From the sequence record MZ065353.1: a DNA stretch of 64,000 nt; one strand, written 5' to 3'. Positions within the stretch are counted from its first letter, which is position 1. Every line of letters begins with the position of its first letter. The translations under genes were made by a program, and so were the position numbers. Source of the stretch: Escherichia virus KFS-EC3. A model generated the notes under the pieces. The model was given only the letters and a program-made list of their open reading frames with translations. It did not search any database and was not told the origin of the DNA. Of the stretch, positions 60,056 through 64,000 are shown one piece after another.

Positions 60056-61621
60056 TTAGATACCTTTAACATATACACGGCGGAAGTAAGCGTTTTTACC
60101 AAGGCTATTCAGAATAGAAGGCATACCGCTCTGGATGCGAGAAGCCGGAGCCTGAGCAGCGGATTCTGCAAATGGGTTGATACCGATACCGTAACGAGTT
60201 TTGAATCCCATTACTGGTTGGAAGTTCTTCGGATCGGAACCACGCAGCGGAGTCAGAGCTACATATGGAGCATAGTAAATACCAGCATCCATTTCGTTCG
60301 GACCTTTATAACCTACAGTGAAATAATCCTGTTTAGCATACTGGTCGATATATACACGGTATTTACCACCCAGAACACCAGCAAATACTGACTTGGTAGT
60401 ATCAGTGTTAAAGCCGGTAGCCAGACCTTGTGCAGCATAAGAAATGCCAGTATCAACTGAAGCCAGAACGTTAACTACGTTACGGGAAGCGATAATGAAG
60501 TTACCTTCACCACGACCGGTCTGACGAGCAATTTCAACTGCTTCTTTGTCAATCTGGAACAACAGAGCTTTAAAGGATTCACCCGCCCAGCGAGCACCAC
60601 GAATATCAATCGGATCCTGGAAGTCAAATACACCAGCTTTAGAACCCGGAGTCAGGGTCATACCAGATTTACCAACCTGAGCTGAGTAGTTAATCCAATC
60701 AACAACTTCACGGTTGATTTCCAGCATGATTTCGGTAGCCAGAATACCAGACAGTTCAGCATCAGCATCCATACCGTGAACAGCGCGGAGGTCTTGTGCT
60801 AATTCGATAGAGTAAGCAGCTTTCAGCTGACGAGATTTAGCTTCGATAACTTGTTTATCGATACGGAAGCCCATTTCATTCCATGGGTTATCGGTAGAAC
60901 CGTTGAAACTTTCCTGAAGTTCAGCGATAGAAGTAGCCATACCTTCAGCGATTTCTACCAGTGCACCAGCTTCCATTTGTTTCTTAATTTCAGCATCTAA
61001 TTTAGCTGCATCAGTTGCGCCAGCATCGATTGTTACTACAGCAGAAGCCTGCAGATACACAGTACCAGTGTCCTGGAAGAAGTGAGTATAGATATCACCC
61101 ACAACGGTTTGTGTACTAGCAGCCAGAGCTGGGAATTTCTTAGCAGCACCCTGACCAGAGAACATTGCATCTGGACCATACATTGGGTGGAATGCTTCTT
61201 TAGCACCGGCAGCGATTGGGTCTTTACCATATACTGCGCGCAGTGCAAATACCTGACCAGTCGGGCTGTTCATCGGCTGAACACCACAAATATCGAAAGC
61301 AATCAGGTTAGGAATAGCACGACGTACCATACCCATAACAGCTGGGCCAATCTGAGTTACTGCGCCAGAAGTCTGACCAGCAGCGATGTTAGTAGCATTG
61401 TAACCGTGGTCACCGCCGATTTCAGCTTCTGTTAAGAAAGAACCAAATGCCTGAGCAATTTTTTCGTCTTTGTACTCTGGAGCTGTCTGGAAATCTTTTT
61501 CCTGGTTTTCAAAGATTTTAGCGATAATCGCTTGTTTGCTATTAGCAATTTCCGGTAAACCTTCACCTTCCAGTAATGGCTTCCATTTGTTCAAAAGTTC
61601 AGCTTTAGTTTTGATAGTCAT
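60056..61621 (-). CDS. 23: gp23 major capsid protein
   Basis: 521 aa, matches T4 gp23. Confidence 0.98.
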   Translation of the reverse strand: MTIKTKAELLNKWKPLLEGEGLPEIANSKQAIIAKIFENQEKDFQTAPEYKDEKIAQAFGSFLTEAEIGGDHGYNATNIAAGQTSGAVTQIGPAVMGMVRRAIPNLIAFDICGVQPMNSPTGQVFALRAVYGKDPIAAGAKEAFHPMYGPDAMFSGQGAAKKFPALAASTQTVVGDIYTHFFQDTGTVYLQASAVVTIDAGATDAAKLDAEIKKQMEAGALVEIAEGMATSIAELQESFNGSTDNPWNEMGFRIDKQVIEAKSRQLKAAYSIELAQDLRAVHGMDADAELSGILATEIMLEINREVVDWINYSAQVGKSGMTLTPGSKAGVFDFQDPIDIRGARWAGESFKALLFQIDKEAVEIARQTGRGEGNFIIASRNVVNVLASVDTGISYAAQGLATGFNTDTTKSVFAGVLGGKYRVYIDQYAKQDYFTVGYKGPNEMDAGIYYAPYVALTPLRGSDPKNFQPVMGFKTRYGIGINPFAESAAQAPASRIQSGMPSILNSLGKNAYFRRVYVKGI

Positions 61622-61639
61622 TTGTGTTAACCTTTAAAA

Positions 61640-62449
61640 TTAGAAACGAGATGCGACTTTCGCATATACACTTACAATATCTTCTGCACCAGGTGCAGCT
61701 TTATCTTCTACAGCTTCAGTGACGAAATTCAGTCCGGCTGCTTCAGTATCAGGAGTATTTATACCCTCAGTAATAGTGCTTTCATCTTTATTAGACTTCT
61801 TCACCATTTCTACGATGGCACTCAATTTACTTGAGAATGCATCTGAATAATCCATACCTTCGACCAGAGCAGAGACTTTTTCTTTTTGAGACTCAGTCAG
61901 ATCTTTAGTACTTTCGCTCAATGCCACTTCACGCTGCACATAATTGATATATGCGTCGCGCATATTGAGTTCTTCGAACAGACGAGCTGATTCTTCTTTA
62001 TGTTCTTGCAGCTCTTCTTCCATTTCAGCTACAACATCAACTGATTCTTCTGGAACAACAACGTTGTGTTCAACAAAGAGCTCTTTTAATCCACCAAGCA
62101 TGGATTCAAACAGTTCGGCTTTGATGCCTTTATCAACTGCTAATTTATTTTCAGCGAGCCATTCTTTCGCAAGATGGTCGATGAATTTAGAAGCTTGCTC
62201 AGCGATTTTCTTCTCAGCTTTTTCTTCGGCTTCTTCTTTATTTTTTTCTACTTCTTCTTCTGCTTTTTCAGCAATTTTAGCGATATGAGATTCAGCTAAT
62301 TTAACGGCGTGCTGCTTGACGGTAGCTTCGAATACAGTGCCGAAAGTTTCTTTTGCTTCCGGAGAAATATTAACTGATTCGAAAATACTATCAAGAGCAA
62401 CGGAAGCATCAATTTTTTGCGCTTCAGCAATCAGTTGTTCTTTAAGCAT
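61640..62449 (-). CDS. 22: gp22 prohead core scaffold protein
   Basis: 269 aa, Glu/Lys-rich coiled-coil. Confidence 0.93.
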   Translation of the reverse strand: MLKEQLIAEAQKIDASVALDSIFESVNISPEAKETFGTVFEATVKQHAVKLAESHIAKIAEKAEEEVEKNKEEAEEKAEKKIAEQASKFIDHLAKEWLAENKLAVDKGIKAELFESMLGGLKELFVEHNVVVPEESVDVVAEMEEELQEHKEESARLFEELNMRDAYINYVQREVALSESTKDLTESQKEKVSALVEGMDYSDAFSSKLSAIVEMVKKSNKDESTITEGINTPDTEAAGLNFVTEAVEDKAAPGAEDIVSVYAKVASRF

Positions 62450-62475
62450 TTTGTAGTCCTGTTGTTTAGATAATA

Positions 62476-62484
62476 ATATTTATA
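62476..62484 (-). promoter_or_regulatory. late promoter TATAAATA upstream of gene 22
   Basis: TATAAATA on minus strand about 27 nt before the gene 22 start. Confidence 0.6.
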
Positions 62485-63118
62485 ACGCTTTTTTCATGGC
62501 CTCTGCGAGAGCCATATAGGCGTCATCGGCACTTGTATCGGCTTCCGCCGTCTGTGATTCGGTAATTTCCTTAGGAGTTACCCATGCATCTGGAGCACTT
62601 GGACCCCATACTGCATCAACACCTACAGTTAATTTGAATCCTTCGTTTACGATACGATAACCTTTATTTGTGTCAGTCAATGAACCTAATCCACGAGAAG
62701 AAACTCCTGGAATCCATCCGGCACGAATATTAGCTGCTAATTTATCTCCAGGACCATGGTCACCTTCAATAACACGAGCTCGTCCGTATACGTCATTTCC
62801 TTTCCACCACATATCTTCTATAATGATAGCGGCTTGCATCGGGTCAACATTAGCGCGTGGAGGATGATTTAATTCTCCGAGAGCTTGTTTAGTTAAAACT
62901 TGCTCATTGATATAGTCTTTTACCGCTTTTTCTAATATGCGTTTTGGATAAAGACGTTTATTTCTATTGACGACTTCCGCTTGCATGAATATTCCTTCGA
63001 TGTATAAACCGGGTTTTAAACCTAGGTCTTTTCCATCATGAGATTCAAGCATTGGCACGCCATCAATAATTTCGCCAGGTTGACCCCAAGTTTCAATTAG
63101 TAATTGGGGTTCATTCAT
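62480..63118 (-). CDS. 21: gp21 prohead core protease
   Basis: 212 aa, T4 gp21 length. Confidence 0.95.
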   Translation of the reverse strand: MNEPQLLIETWGQPGEIIDGVPMLESHDGKDLGLKPGLYIEGIFMQAEVVNRNKRLYPKRILEKAVKDYINEQVLTKQALGELNHPPRANVDPMQAAIIIEDMWWKGNDVYGRARVIEGDHGPGDKLAANIRAGWIPGVSSRGLGSLTDTNKGYRIVNEGFKLTVGVDAVWGPSAPDAWVTPKEITESQTAEADTSADDAYMALAEAMKKAL

Positions 63119-63543
63119 TAGCTTAATCCTAATGCTTTACGGCGTTTAAGAGCTTTTTTACGCTTACGCTGAGCACGAGATTGACCTGCTGGATTGGCAA
63201 TCTTCGTTTTGGTAGCTTTGCGAGCAATTTGTCTACGTTTTGCTTTAGACAGCCCGGTGGTTTGAAATGCATTACGTTCACGCGTCTTGCGGTCTTTAGT
63301 ACGTGTAATTTCACCACGAGCAGAAACATGTTTAACGATGAATTCATTTAGCGGCATATCTTCATTAATAGAAGCTAATGCAATTGCTAAATCAGTTTCA
63401 TCATCAAGCATATTCTCGACAATTGTATTTATATCGTCTTTATTTAAAGCAGAAGACAATTCGTCAAAGCGACCCTGTGCTTCAGGAATAAGTGCTTCGA
63501 CATTCTCGAGAACTAATTCATGAGTTTCAGGGATCAGAAGCAT
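63118..63543 (-). CDS. 68: gp68 prohead core protein
   Basis: 141 aa, position between 67 and 21. Confidence 0.85.
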   Translation of the reverse strand: MLLIPETHELVLENVEALIPEAQGRFDELSSALNKDDINTIVENMLDDETDLAIALASINEDMPLNEFIVKHVSARGEITRTKDRKTRERNAFQTTGLSKAKRRQIARKATKTKIANPAGQSRAQRKRKKALKRRKALGLS

Positions 63544-63784
63544 TATTCATCATCCTCGTCTTCGTCAGAGTCTTTGTCTTTTTTGTCGTCTTTATCATCG
63601 CTATCTTCGTCATCATCCTCGTCTTCGTCATCATCAGGTTCTTCACCTTCGATTAAGAAATTACGAGCGATAGCGATTTTTTCTTCTTTAATTAAATCAA
63701 TCGTTCTTGCAGCCATGGCTTCAGCAAATAATTTACGAGCGGCTACGAGGTCGTTTGATTTAATAGCTTCAATTAAACCTTCCA

Positions 63785-63785
<1 letters not shown>
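63543..63785 (-). CDS. 67: gp67 prohead core protein with acidic tail
   Basis: 80 aa with poly-Asp/Glu C-terminus. Confidence 0.85.

Positions 63786-64000
<215 letters not shown>

Noticed and set aside
61944-62288. Ser-rich 114-aa plus-strand ORF
   Set aside because: Antisense to the Glu/Lys-rich gp22 scaffold gene; low-complexity mirror image of its codons.

Overview
The window is a contiguous 64-kb segment of a T4-like (T-even, Tevenvirinae) myovirus genome, inverted relative to the standard T4 map. No tRNA, rRNA, CRISPR array, integrase or transposase was seen. All identifications are from reading the sequence and from recalled T4 protein sequences; no database search was run. ORF coordinates come from the supplied track; coordinates of promoters, hairpins and sub-threshold small ORFs were read by hand and may be off by 1-2 nt.

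Gene order, left to right:
- Early genes on +: gene 52 (5'-truncated at the window edge), motA, a block of small ORFs, arn, asiA.
- Late genes on -: holin t, tail-fibre genes 38, 37, 36, 35, 34.
- Early/middle DNA-metabolism block on +: rnh, dsbA, 33, 59, 32, frd, td, nrdA, nrdB, denA, rnlA, alc, a spanin pair, pseT, cd, 31, rIII, a block of small ORFs, DNA ligase 30, then two tandem alt-like genes.
- Baseplate hub on -: 54, 48, 29, 28, 27, 51; then 26, 25, uvsY on +.
- uvsW.1, an HNH endonuclease, uvsW and a GIY-YIG endonuclease on -; inh, hoc, rnlB on +.
- Head genes on -: 24, 23, 22, 21, 68, 67 and the 3' end of 20.

Departures from T4 as I recall it (each needs a database check):
- Two tandem Alt-like ADP-ribosyltransferase paralogs instead of one.
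- An HNH homing endonuclease with a TTG start inserted between uvsW and uvsW.1.
- A 115-aa ORF inserted between frd and td.
- td and nrdB are uninterrupted (no group I introns), and there is no ORF between nrdA and nrdB.
- gp38 is the T2-type glycine-rich adhesin and gp37 is 1298 aa.
- Hoc carries an extra, tandemly duplicated Ig-like domain.

I could not identify one clearly undescribed multi-gene system. The strongest candidates for something new are the second Alt-like paralog and the NADAR-like / HAD-phosphatase pair upstream of DNA ligase.
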